Origin: Elusimicrobiota bacterium
GTDB lineage: Bacteria > Elusimicrobiota > Elusimicrobia > UBA1565 > JACRDR01
NCBI GenBank assembly: GCA_041694815.1
Contig: JBGFSC010000017.1
Location: 1 to 49,531, forward strand
Direction: 5' to 3'
DNA: 49,531 bases
Position 1 is the first letter of the stretch, and the number at the start of each line of letters is the position of its first letter. The notes beneath the pieces are model-generated. The model searched no databases. It had not been told where the DNA came from and saw only the letters and a program-made list of their open reading frames with translations. Of this stretch, positions 9,346 to 17,053 are shown piece by piece. A program made the translations under genes and the position numbers.

Positions 9346-9978
9346 GAAAGAGTAGCGATAGGTGCCGGGCAGAAGCGAAACGGACAAGCGCCAGACCCCA
9401 TCGTCATCCTGCACCATCGCCTTCCTACCGTTTTGATGGACCAGGAAGGCTCCCTTGAGGTAAACGGCCTTCGCGTTCGGCGCCTTCTTGATGAATTTCA
9501 CGGGCCGAGCCTTCACCTTTTCCGGTCGCGCGGGCTTGGATGGCTTAGCCTTCGTATCGGCGGAAGTGTCAGCCTGCGGGCTGGCGCCGCTGGCCCTACC
9601 GGGTTTCGCAGGCGCCGCGACGGGTTCGGGGGCGTTGCGCGATAATGGCTGGGTCATCAGGCTCAACGTTGGGGTTGGTCCCGTTTTGGAGGGGGTCGCG
9701 GCCGCTGAAGCAGGGATCACGGGATCTGGCGCGGGAGCCGGCGCCGCCGGCGCGGCGGGAGTGGGCGCGACCGGTGCCGCGGGCGGAGAAGCCTTCGCCA
9801 CGGGCGGGGTTGGAGGGGCTTTGCTGGCGGGGGCTGGGCGCCGGAAATACACCCAACCCAGCACCGAGCCTCCGAAGATCATAAGCAGCAGCGTGTCGAC
9901 GACAAGCAACAGCGCCCACAGGCGGCGCTTCGTTTGGGCGCCGGAGGGAGGGGCTTGCCTGCTCAAGGAATCAAACAT
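9289..9978 (-). CDS. Membrane-anchored protein with Pro/Ala linker and C-terminal CBM48/AMPK-type glycogen-binding domain
   Basis: One TM helix, PA-rich linker, then APNAKAVYLKGAF...M....DGVW...V.LLPGTYRYSFLVDG. Confidence 0.75.
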   Translation of the reverse strand: MFDSLSRQAPPSGAQTKRRLWALLLVVDTLLLMIFGGSVLGWVYFRRPAPASKAPPTPPVAKASPPAAPVAPTPAAPAAPAPAPDPVIPASAAATPSKTGPTPTLSLMTQPLSRNAPEPVAAPAKPGRASGASPQADTSADTKAKPSKPARPEKVKARPVKFIKKAPNAKAVYLKGAFLVHQNGRKAMVQDDDGVWRLSVSLLPGTYRYSFLVDGKKTAAKTVVVEPSQ

Positions 9979-9989
9979 CCGTAAAAATT

Positions 9990-10550
9990 CTATCGAAAAC
10001 GCCGGGGGGTGTCAATTTCGTAGCGCTTGAGGATTTCGGGCCATTTCCCTTGGGCCTTGAGCAATCCCTCGACGACCTCCCGAACGGCCCCCCGGCCTCC
10101 GGCCGCCCGGGTGGTCCAATGGGCGATCCGCCGGAGCTCCGGCCTCGCGTTGGCCACCGCGACGGAGAGGCCAGCGCGCCGCATGACGGGCACGTCGTGG
10201 AAATCGTCACCGATGTAGGCCGTCTCCTCGGGCGGGACCCGCGCCTCGGCCAGGATGCGCTCGAAGGCTGGCAGCTTAATATGGGTGCCTTGGATCAGGA
10301 AGCTCATCTGCAGCATCCGCGCGCGGGCCTCCATACCTGCCGACTTCCTGCCGCTGATGGCCCCGGTTTTTATGCCGAGCCCCGGCAGCCAGGTAAGGGC
10401 CATGCCGTCCTGCGAATGAGTGCCCTTGAGCTCGACCGTTTCCCCCCGCCCGTCCACCCAGTGGAATAGGCGGCCGTCAGTAAGCACGCCGTCGATATCC
10501 ATGAGCAGCAGCTTGATCCTGGCGGCGCGGCGCAGCAGCGATGGTTTCAC
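9990..10550 (-). CDS. kdsC: KDO-8-phosphate phosphatase (HAD, YrbI family)
   Basis: DIDGVLTDG, ISGR, YIGDDFHD, GGRGAVRE. Confidence 0.9.
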   Translation of the reverse strand: MKPSLLRRAARIKLLLMDIDGVLTDGRLFHWVDGRGETVELKGTHSQDGMALTWLPGLGIKTGAISGRKSAGMEARARMLQMSFLIQGTHIKLPAFERILAEARVPPEETAYIGDDFHDVPVMRRAGLSVAVANARPELRRIAHWTTRAAGGRGAVREVVEGLLKAQGKWPEILKRYEIDTPRRFR

Positions 10551-12160
10551 AACAGCTCCAGGATTCCCTCGATCGCCTGCGCCGGCCGCTCGCCCAGTTC
10601 CAAGCGAGCGACGCGGCGTCCTCGGCGGCGTAGCGCCTGGAAATCGCCCTCCGCCTGGGCCCGCTGGAGTGCTCCGAAGGTGAATGGGCGCTGCGGAACC
10701 GGCACGTCCAGGCCGCTCGATCCCGTCAGTTGCAGGAAAACGCCGCTATTTCCCCCGCCTTTGTGCAATTGCCCGGTCGAATGGAGGAAACGCGGGCCGA
10801 AGCCGAGCGTCGTGGCATTACCCTTGCGCTGTAGGCGGCGCCGGAGGCGCGCTAGGGCCTCCTTCTCTTGGGCGGAGCCCTGCAGGAAGGCCGTTATGGC
10901 CAGGTAATCCCCGGGTTCTAGGGCCTCTTCCAGCGTTCGGATCCTTTCGGCCGCCTGCTCCGCCGGCGGGGCGGGCTCCGGGACCGGGACGGTGCCGCCC
11001 AACAGCGCGCGCGTCAACGCCTTGGATTCCTCGACGTTCGGCTGGTCGAAGGGATTGACCTTGAGGACCATGCACGCAGCGGCCGTGGCGATCTCCCATC
11101 GGAGGAACTCGCCTCCCAGATCCCATGTGGAATCGAGCTCGAGGGTCTCGATCGGCAAGCCCGAGGCGGAGATTTTTTCCGCAGCCTCCTCGATGTTGGC
11201 GTCCTCGGCCTCGGCCAGGCGGATGCGCACGAAGACGCGGTCGCCGCCGTAGCGATCCGGCGTAAGGAGATCCTCACCTTCGACCGGCAATATCCCCAGG
11301 CCTTCCTTGCCCGTGGACTCCGCGATCAATTGTTCGAGCCAGGCCCCGAAGGAGGCCAGCGGCGGAGGCAACAACAGGGTCAGCTTATCCTTGCCGGCCA
11401 GTGCCGCCTCCCCGAGCCACACCCCCAGACGAAAGGCGGGATTCGAGGAGGGCTTTTGATGGGGGCCGCAAGCCCGGGCCATGGCCCGGGCGGAGGCCAG
11501 GAGGCGCTCGCAATCGACGCCGATCAGCGCCGCGGGCAGTAGGCCGAAGGGGCTCAGCGCGCTGTAGCGGCCCCCTACGTCCGAAGGGCTCGATTCGATG
11601 GCGCCGAATCCGCGTTCCCGAGCTTGTCGTTCGAAGGGGCTCGCCGGGTCCGTAATGGCGATGAATCGGCTGGCCGCCCGCGGCCCGAGCTCGCGACTCG
11701 CCTCGGCCCAGAAATAATCGCAGAGGCAGGCCGTCTCGATCGTCGAGCCGGATTTGCTCGAGACGATGAAGGCGCTGCGCTCGAGCGCGAGCCGGCGCCT
11801 GAGGGAGTCGACCGTAGCCGGCGAGGTCGTGTCGAGCACCGTCAGGCGCGGGAACCCTCCCGCGTTGCCGAATACCGCCTGCATCAGTTCGGGGGCGAGG
11901 CTGGATCCGCCCATCCCCAGTAGTACGAGTTCCTCGACGGGCCGCCGGCGCAGATCCTCGGCGAGGGCCTTGTAGCGCGCCAGGCGGGGCGCCATGGTCT
12001 CGGGCAGGGTCAGCCAGCCGAGTCGATCGACGAGCTCCGGCGTCGGGCCTGATTTCCAGAGGGAGCCGTCCTTCTGCCAGAGGCGCCGGGAGGCGCCCGA
12101 GTCGTCGAATTCGCGGAGCCTTCTCTGGCAGGCTTCCTCGATCGACGCGGTCGGGTTCAC
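10547..12160 (-). CDS. pgi: Glucose-6-phosphate isomerase (type found in Tal-Pgi fusions; stand-alone here)
   Basis: RLGWL, GMGGSSLAPE, SSKSGSTIET, GGRYSALS, EQLIAESTGKEG, NPFDQPNVEESK, HSTGQLHKGG. Confidence 0.9.
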   Translation of the reverse strand: MNPTASIEEACQRRLREFDDSGASRRLWQKDGSLWKSGPTPELVDRLGWLTLPETMAPRLARYKALAEDLRRRPVEELVLLGMGGSSLAPELMQAVFGNAGGFPRLTVLDTTSPATVDSLRRRLALERSAFIVSSKSGSTIETACLCDYFWAEASRELGPRAASRFIAITDPASPFERQARERGFGAIESSPSDVGGRYSALSPFGLLPAALIGVDCERLLASARAMARACGPHQKPSSNPAFRLGVWLGEAALAGKDKLTLLLPPPLASFGAWLEQLIAESTGKEGLGILPVEGEDLLTPDRYGGDRVFVRIRLAEAEDANIEEAAEKISASGLPIETLELDSTWDLGGEFLRWEIATAAACMVLKVNPFDQPNVEESKALTRALLGGTVPVPEPAPPAEQAAERIRTLEEALEPGDYLAITAFLQGSAQEKEALARLRRRLQRKGNATTLGFGPRFLHSTGQLHKGGGNSGVFLQLTGSSGLDVPVPQRPFTFGALQRAQAEGDFQALRRRGRRVARLELGERPAQAIEGILELL

Positions 12161-12618
12161 TTCGCCGGGCGAGTAAAGAGTTTTTCGATGTCGAGGACCT
12201 TCTTTAGCCGCCGCACATGGCGGTCGGCGCGCGAAAAGCGGGCCTCCAGCCAGGCGGAGACGATCTCGACGGCGAGATGGTCCCCGACGACCCTCGCCCC
12301 CAGGCAGAGCATGTTCGCGTCATCGTCCTCCACGCCCTGGCGCGCGGAAAAAGTGTCGTGGCAGACGCCGGCGCGCACGCCGGGCACCTTATTGGCGGCG
12401 ATGCAGGCGCCCACGCCAGAGCCGCAGATCATCAGCCCCCGCTCGGCCTCGCCTTCCACGATGGCCTTGGCGACCTTGAGGGCATAGTCGGGATAGTCGA
12501 CGGCCTCCTTGGAGTCGGTACCGCAATTGATCACCAAGTGGCCCTTCTCCTCGAGGAGCTGATGGATCTTGCGCTTGAGTTCCACGCCGGCATGGTCTGC
12601 GCCGAGAGCGATTTTCAT
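12157..12618 (-). CDS. rpiB: Ribose-5-phosphate isomerase B
   Basis: GADHAG, DYPD, CGSGVG, ANKVPGVRA, RH.RRL. Confidence 0.95.
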   Translation of the reverse strand: MKIALGADHAGVELKRKIHQLLEEKGHLVINCGTDSKEAVDYPDYALKVAKAIVEGEAERGLMICGSGVGACIAANKVPGVRAGVCHDTFSARQGVEDDDANMLCLGARVVGDHLAVEIVSAWLEARFSRADRHVRRLKKVLDIEKLFTRPAK

Positions 12619-12669
12619 GGCCCCTATTCTATAAAACTAAAATCCCTCGGTCATCGGCGCGGGTTCTTC

Positions 12670-13485
12670 TTAACCGCGCTGGATCGGAATTTGTGCAATC
12701 GCGTGGCGGACGGTTCGCAGGGTTTCGGTTAAATAGGCCAGTCGCCGCTTGTCCTGCGCCCGGTCGCTGGCGATGATCCAGCCGATGCTCATGATGACGC
12801 GCTTGGACTCCGGTTCTGGCTTGGCGAGTAAATTAGCGCTATCCGTCCATTCGATCTTCCAGCCGGTCTCTTTCTCGAATTTTTCCGCTATCCCGATCAA
12901 ATCGGCATCCAGTTGGACATCGTCCGGAGTCTTTTGGAAACGCTCGGCATTATGGACGACCGTTGCGCCGTCGTTTACTTCCTTTAGATGCGGCCCTACC
13001 AACGACCAAGTCATTATTGCTCCCCATAAAAGGCATGCTAAGAGGATTACTAGACTCACTAATGCATCGGAAGCCCTCAAAGATGCAAGCACGGCCGGTA
13101 CGGCGCAACCAGAACCCGCCAAAACGGAGAGCGTTAACAGTATTGAATGATCTGTCGCTGTCAAAGGAATTTTAAAGGCATTCCCCTCCTTTTTCCAACC
13201 GTTATATCTATGCGCCCACGCACGCGGCAATGAGGCCTTCGGCACATGCAGACTCTTCGCCGGGATCAAAGAGCCGGCGATGGAGTCCAGCGAACGGCCT
13301 CCGGCCTGAACTACGGATAATTCGGGACCTTGCGCGGCACGCCCGCCGTCTGCGATCGGCGCTAGTGAGGATTCTGCGGCCGCGGCGAGCTGTTCGGAGG
13401 CCGGCAACGATTCGAGAATCGGCTGGGCCAGCGATAACTTGCCAAGTGCGCCGACCCAAAGCCAAACGACAAGCCATGCTTTCAT
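12670..13485 (-). CDS. Hypothetical membrane protein (signal peptide plus two TM helices), lower GC
   Basis: Fills the gap between genes; signal peptide; TATCCT 7 nt upstream of the ATG. Confidence 0.65.
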   Translation of the reverse strand: MKAWLVVWLWVGALGKLSLAQPILESLPASEQLAAAAESSLAPIADGGRAAQGPELSVVQAGGRSLDSIAGSLIPAKSLHVPKASLPRAWAHRYNGWKKEGNAFKIPLTATDHSILLTLSVLAGSGCAVPAVLASLRASDALVSLVILLACLLWGAIMTWSLVGPHLKEVNDGATVVHNAERFQKTPDDVQLDADLIGIAEKFEKETGWKIEWTDSANLLAKPEPESKRVIMSIGWIIASDRAQDKRRLAYLTETLRTVRHAIAQIPIQRG

Positions 13486-13617
13486 TGTTCTAAGGATAGC
13501 CGCCTTATGCGGGTGTTTCGATGAAAGATTTAAATAACTCGATTATGCTTATAATGTATGGATTTATTTTGCGGCAGCTGCGGGCCTGAATCGGCCTTGA
13601 ACGCTGTTGGGACGCTA

Positions 13618-15726
13618 TTAATAATTCAGGTTGCCGAGTTCGGTGCTAGGGTAGTAGGCCCGGAGTATGTCGACGTAGGATTGCCCCTGCTCCGCCCGGC
13701 CCATGGCGCCGGACTGGCACATGCCCACGCCGTGCCCCCACCCCGCGCCGTAGAACACGAAGGATTCCGGCCTGCCTTCCGCCCCAGGTTCGGTTTCGAG
13801 CGTGAACAAGGTGCTTCTCTGGGAGCCCAGGCCCAGGAGATGGCGTATCTTCGTTTCATGCTGCACCGTGACCTTTCTCTTGGAGCCCACCACCAAGACG
13901 CTGTTGACGTGCCCCGAGCGGGCGCGCCGCAGGGGTTGGATGCGCAGTAGCTTGCCGATCTTAAGCTGCCGGTTCATCTTCTCCTGCAGCTCGCTGGCGG
14001 GCACGACTCGCGACCACCGGTAATGCGCGCCGTGCACGTAGCCGGAGCGCGTCGGCATGCAGAATGCGGCGGGCCTCTGGCGCAGCCACCAGCGCAGTGC
14101 CCAAGGGGAGCGGGGATATTCCGGCGCTCCGGCGGGGGCATCGCGCACGCCGAGCCAGTACTCCACGTGCCCCCAGCCGTGGATGTCTGCGCCCGCCTGG
14201 GTGTGGCCACCGCAATTGGAGGAGTAAATCCCATGCGCGATGCGGCCCCGGAAGGCGAGCACGCGAGCGCTCGTCGCGTTGACGACGCTCCGGGAACGCT
14301 CGCTCTCGGCCCCTACGCCGGAGTAGACTTGGCAATGCTGCTCATCGCAGAGATCGTAGCCCTCCTTGCGATGCCGGTACCCCGTCTGTTTCATGTACAA
14401 GGCCTCGCTGCGGGCGACCACGGATTGGGCCTTGAGCGCTTCCAGCGGCGAGCCGATGGGCATTTCCGCCGACAAGAGGCCGTGGGTGTAGCTTTCCAGA
14501 TCGACGGTGTTGACGATGCGCAAGATCCGGCGGGGGCCGTACAGCGAAAGCTCGACTTCCCCGCGCAGCGACTTTTCCCCCACGCCTCCCCAATTGTAGC
14601 CTTGCCCGTAGGGAATGTCTCCGAGTCGCGTCATCCCTCCCTTGGCGATCTCCGGGCGTATCCTAGCCCCCCGAACCCGCAACGGCGGGGCCTTCGAGCC
14701 CGAGCGCGAGATCTCCAGCAGCGGCTTCTTGCCGTGCCCCGCGCGCGCCACCCAGCTTTCTCCCGCCTCGCCCGAGGCCAGGCGCTGGCCCGATTTGGAG
14801 TCCAACAGCTCGAAGGGGGTGTCGCAGCGGAAGGCGAGCACCTTGCGGGGGAGCGGCTTGCCCATGGCGTTGGTGCCGATGCCGACGCGCAGCGTCGGCA
14901 CGCGCCCGGGGGTCGGGGGCATGGGCGGCAGCTGAGCCGAGGAGGCCTTGCGGGCGGCGTACTCCTGCATGGGCCGCGTGGCCCGGCGGAGGATGCGCTG
15001 GCGCAGCGACCTAAACAGCGAGCTGTCGGGGTCCACGTCGACCATCTTCATGAACTGGGTCAAGGCCTCGTCGAAACGGTTGGCCCGCATGAAGGCTCGG
15101 CCGAGCGCGTAGCGCGCTTCCACGAAATAGGAGTCGTTGATGATCGCTTTCTTGTAGGACTCGATCGCGCCGGAGGGGTCGGATCGGCTCTCGTGCGCCT
15201 GCGCGCGCCAGAAATGGAGCACGTTCGGCGCCGCCTCCGCCGCGGAGGCGCGTTCGAACAGACCGAGGGCTTCCTCATCATGGCCTGAGCGGGCCAGGAC
15301 GCGCGCCAGTCCCAGCAGAGCGAACAGCTCCCCCGGGTTTTCGGAGAGGGCTTGCCGGAACGCGTCTTGCGCCTCGGCGGGCTTTTGGAGGCGCATCAAG
15401 GCCCACCCTAACGCGGCGCCTATCTTGGGGTCCTTGGACAGGGCGCCCGCCTTGCGCAGCCACAGGGCGGCGTCCTTGAGCTGTCCCATCTCCTCGAGCA
15501 GCACCGCGCCGGAGAGGCGGGCCTCCAACGCCGAGGCATCCAGGGCCAGCGCCCGCTGGTAGGCCGCGAGGGCCTTTTGGGGCTGTCCCTGGAAATATAG
15601 GCGATGGCCCTCTTGAGTCGCTTCAATGGCCGCGGGGGAAGGCCCGGCCGGCACGGACGAGCTGACGGAGACCGAGGGCGAGGATGCGGCGACGGCGAAA
15701 AAGGCGAAAATCAGCGGCGCATGCAC
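13618..15726 (-). CDS. TPR-repeat plus SpoIID/LytB-domain protein (putative lytic transglycosylase)
   Basis: Signal peptide, TPRs, LESY..G...AEM...EALKAQ.V.AR, CQVY.G, GWGHGVGMCQ.GA. Confidence 0.9.
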   Translation of the reverse strand: MHAPLIFAFFAVAASSPSVSVSSSVPAGPSPAAIEATQEGHRLYFQGQPQKALAAYQRALALDASALEARLSGAVLLEEMGQLKDAALWLRKAGALSKDPKIGAALGWALMRLQKPAEAQDAFRQALSENPGELFALLGLARVLARSGHDEEALGLFERASAAEAAPNVLHFWRAQAHESRSDPSGAIESYKKAIINDSYFVEARYALGRAFMRANRFDEALTQFMKMVDVDPDSSLFRSLRQRILRRATRPMQEYAARKASSAQLPPMPPTPGRVPTLRVGIGTNAMGKPLPRKVLAFRCDTPFELLDSKSGQRLASGEAGESWVARAGHGKKPLLEISRSGSKAPPLRVRGARIRPEIAKGGMTRLGDIPYGQGYNWGGVGEKSLRGEVELSLYGPRRILRIVNTVDLESYTHGLLSAEMPIGSPLEALKAQSVVARSEALYMKQTGYRHRKEGYDLCDEQHCQVYSGVGAESERSRSVVNATSARVLAFRGRIAHGIYSSNCGGHTQAGADIHGWGHVEYWLGVRDAPAGAPEYPRSPWALRWWLRQRPAAFCMPTRSGYVHGAHYRWSRVVPASELQEKMNRQLKIGKLLRIQPLRRARSGHVNSVLVVGSKRKVTVQHETKIRHLLGLGSQRSTLFTLETEPGAEGRPESFVFYGAGWGHGVGMCQSGAMGRAEQGQSYVDILRAYYPSTELGNLNY

Positions 15727-15749
15727 CGCCGAAGTATAACAAAAAGCTC

Positions 15750-16613
15750 CTACGCGAGAAGCTGGCCGCAGGCGCCGGCGATGTCTTGGCCGAGCGTGCG
15801 GCGCAGGGTGGCGCGGAGCCCCCCGCGCCTGAGGGCGTCTTGGAAAGCGCGCGCATGAGGTTCGCTGGTGGGCCGATGCGCCGAGGCGGTGGGATTATAG
15901 GGGATCAGGTTGACATGCAGTAGCTCCGGAGCTCCGATGCCTCGGAGGTAGCGTATCAGCGACTCGGCGTCGCGGGGGCGGTCGTTTTCCCCGCGCAGCA
16001 GCACGTATTCCAGGAAGATTTTGCGCCCGGATCCGACTTGCTTGCCCAGGCTCTCGGCCAAGCGCTCTAGCGGATAGGCCCGGCCCGAGGGCACGAGTCG
16101 GGCCCGAAGCGAGTCCTCGGCCGCGTGAAGGGACAGGGCGATTCGGACTTTCGGGAACTGAGCGCAGAACCGGTCGAATTCGGGGGCGATCCCGACGGTG
16201 GAAACGCAGATGCGCGAGGGCCCCATGGCGAAATCCCGAGGATCCATGAGCCGGCGAAGGCTTTCCGCGACGCTTTCATAGGCGGCCAGGGGTTCGCCCA
16301 TGCCCATGTAGACGACATTTTGCGGACCCATAATTCCCTTTAAAGCGAGCCAGCGCCTCCAAAAGAGCAGTTGATCCGTGATCTCCTCGGGCCGCAAATC
16401 CCGGGAAAATCCCATGAGCCCCGTGGCGCAGAAACTGCAGCCGAAAGCGCAGCCAACCTGCGAGGAGAGGCAGGCGGTCCAGCGCGAGGCGCTTGGCCGT
16501 AGCAAAAGGGTCTCGATTTTGAGCCCATCGCGCAGCGTCATGGCCGCCTTTATGGCGTCGCCGCGGCCGGACTGAGCTATGCGGCAGCTAGAAAACGATT
16601 GTGGCAGCTGCAA
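15750..16613 (-). CDS. rlmN: RlmN/Cfr-family radical SAM RNA methyltransferase (start uncertain: TTG 16613 or ATG 16541)
   Basis: CLSSQVGC, CxxxCxxC, MGMGEP, SLHA, EYVLL, NLIPYN, DIAGACGQL. Confidence 0.85.
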   Translation of the reverse strand: MQLPQSFSSCRIAQSGRGDAIKAAMTLRDGLKIETLLLRPSASRWTACLSSQVGCAFGCSFCATGLMGFSRDLRPEEITDQLLFWRRWLALKGIMGPQNVVYMGMGEPLAAYESVAESLRRLMDPRDFAMGPSRICVSTVGIAPEFDRFCAQFPKVRIALSLHAAEDSLRARLVPSGRAYPLERLAESLGKQVGSGRKIFLEYVLLRGENDRPRDAESLIRYLRGIGAPELLHVNLIPYNPTASAHRPTSEPHARAFQDALRRGGLRATLRRTLGQDIAGACGQLLA

Positions 16614-16659
16614 AATTTCTTGTTCTGATAGACTTTGACATTTGCTGACAGGAAAGGGG

Positions 16660-16688
16660 TTGATTTCTGTCAGCGCGTCCACTACGCT
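16660..16688 (+). promoter_or_regulatory. Promoter TTGATT-17-TACGCT for the small ORF
   Basis: 17-bp spacing; ATG 7 nt downstream. Confidence 0.45.
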
Positions 16689-16695
16689 ATGCCCG

Positions 16696-16959
16696 ATGCG
16701 GCTCAACGTCTACGAGGCAAGAAATAATACCTTGAGGGAGATACTGGTGGGCGTCACCGATCTTCCGGTCACCGACTTGGCGCAAACCCATCAACAGAGA
16801 CGCATTTCTCAGATATTGCATTGGGATTTCTGCAGCCATCAGATCCAATACGTCGAGGTCGAGGCCTCCCTTCCCGAGCGAGACGCCAAAACCTTCATGA
16901 AGGCTTACGCCTCGAACATGCCCTTGCGCGGCTGGAAGATGCTCCTGGCGCAGACCTGA
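16696..16959 (+). CDS. Small hypothetical protein (87 aa), possibly a degenerate GIY-YIG-like fold
   Basis: Fills the gap between rlmN and the tRNA and has its own promoter; VYEARN...ILVGVT spacing. Confidence 0.6.
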   Translation: MRLNVYEARNNTLREILVGVTDLPVTDLAQTHQQRRISQILHWDFCSHQIQYVEVEASLPERDAKTFMKAYASNMPLRGWKMLLAQT

Positions 16960-16965
16960 AAAATC

Positions 16966-17039
16966 TGGAGCGGGCGATGGGAATCGAACCCACGTCTAGA
17001 GCTTGGGAAGCTCCTATTCTACCATTGAACTACGCCCGC
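16966..17039 (-). tRNA. tRNA-Gly (anticodon CCC), CCA encoded
   Basis: Reverse complement GCGGGCGTAGTTCAATGGTAGAATAGGAGCTTCCCAAGCTCTAGACGTGGGTTCGATTCCCATCGCCCGCTCCA folds as a cloverleaf; TATAAT 8 nt upstream. Confidence 0.97.
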
Positions 17040-17053
17040 GTTGGCACATTATA

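Noticed and set aside
13545..13950. TATAAT plus ATG 13558 opening a 130-aa plus-strand ORF
   Set aside because: Mostly antisense to spoIID with no recognisable features; an antisense promoter cannot be excluded.
16960..17045. Integrative element at tRNA-Gly
   Set aside because: I saw no integrase and no duplicated tRNA 3' end in the window.
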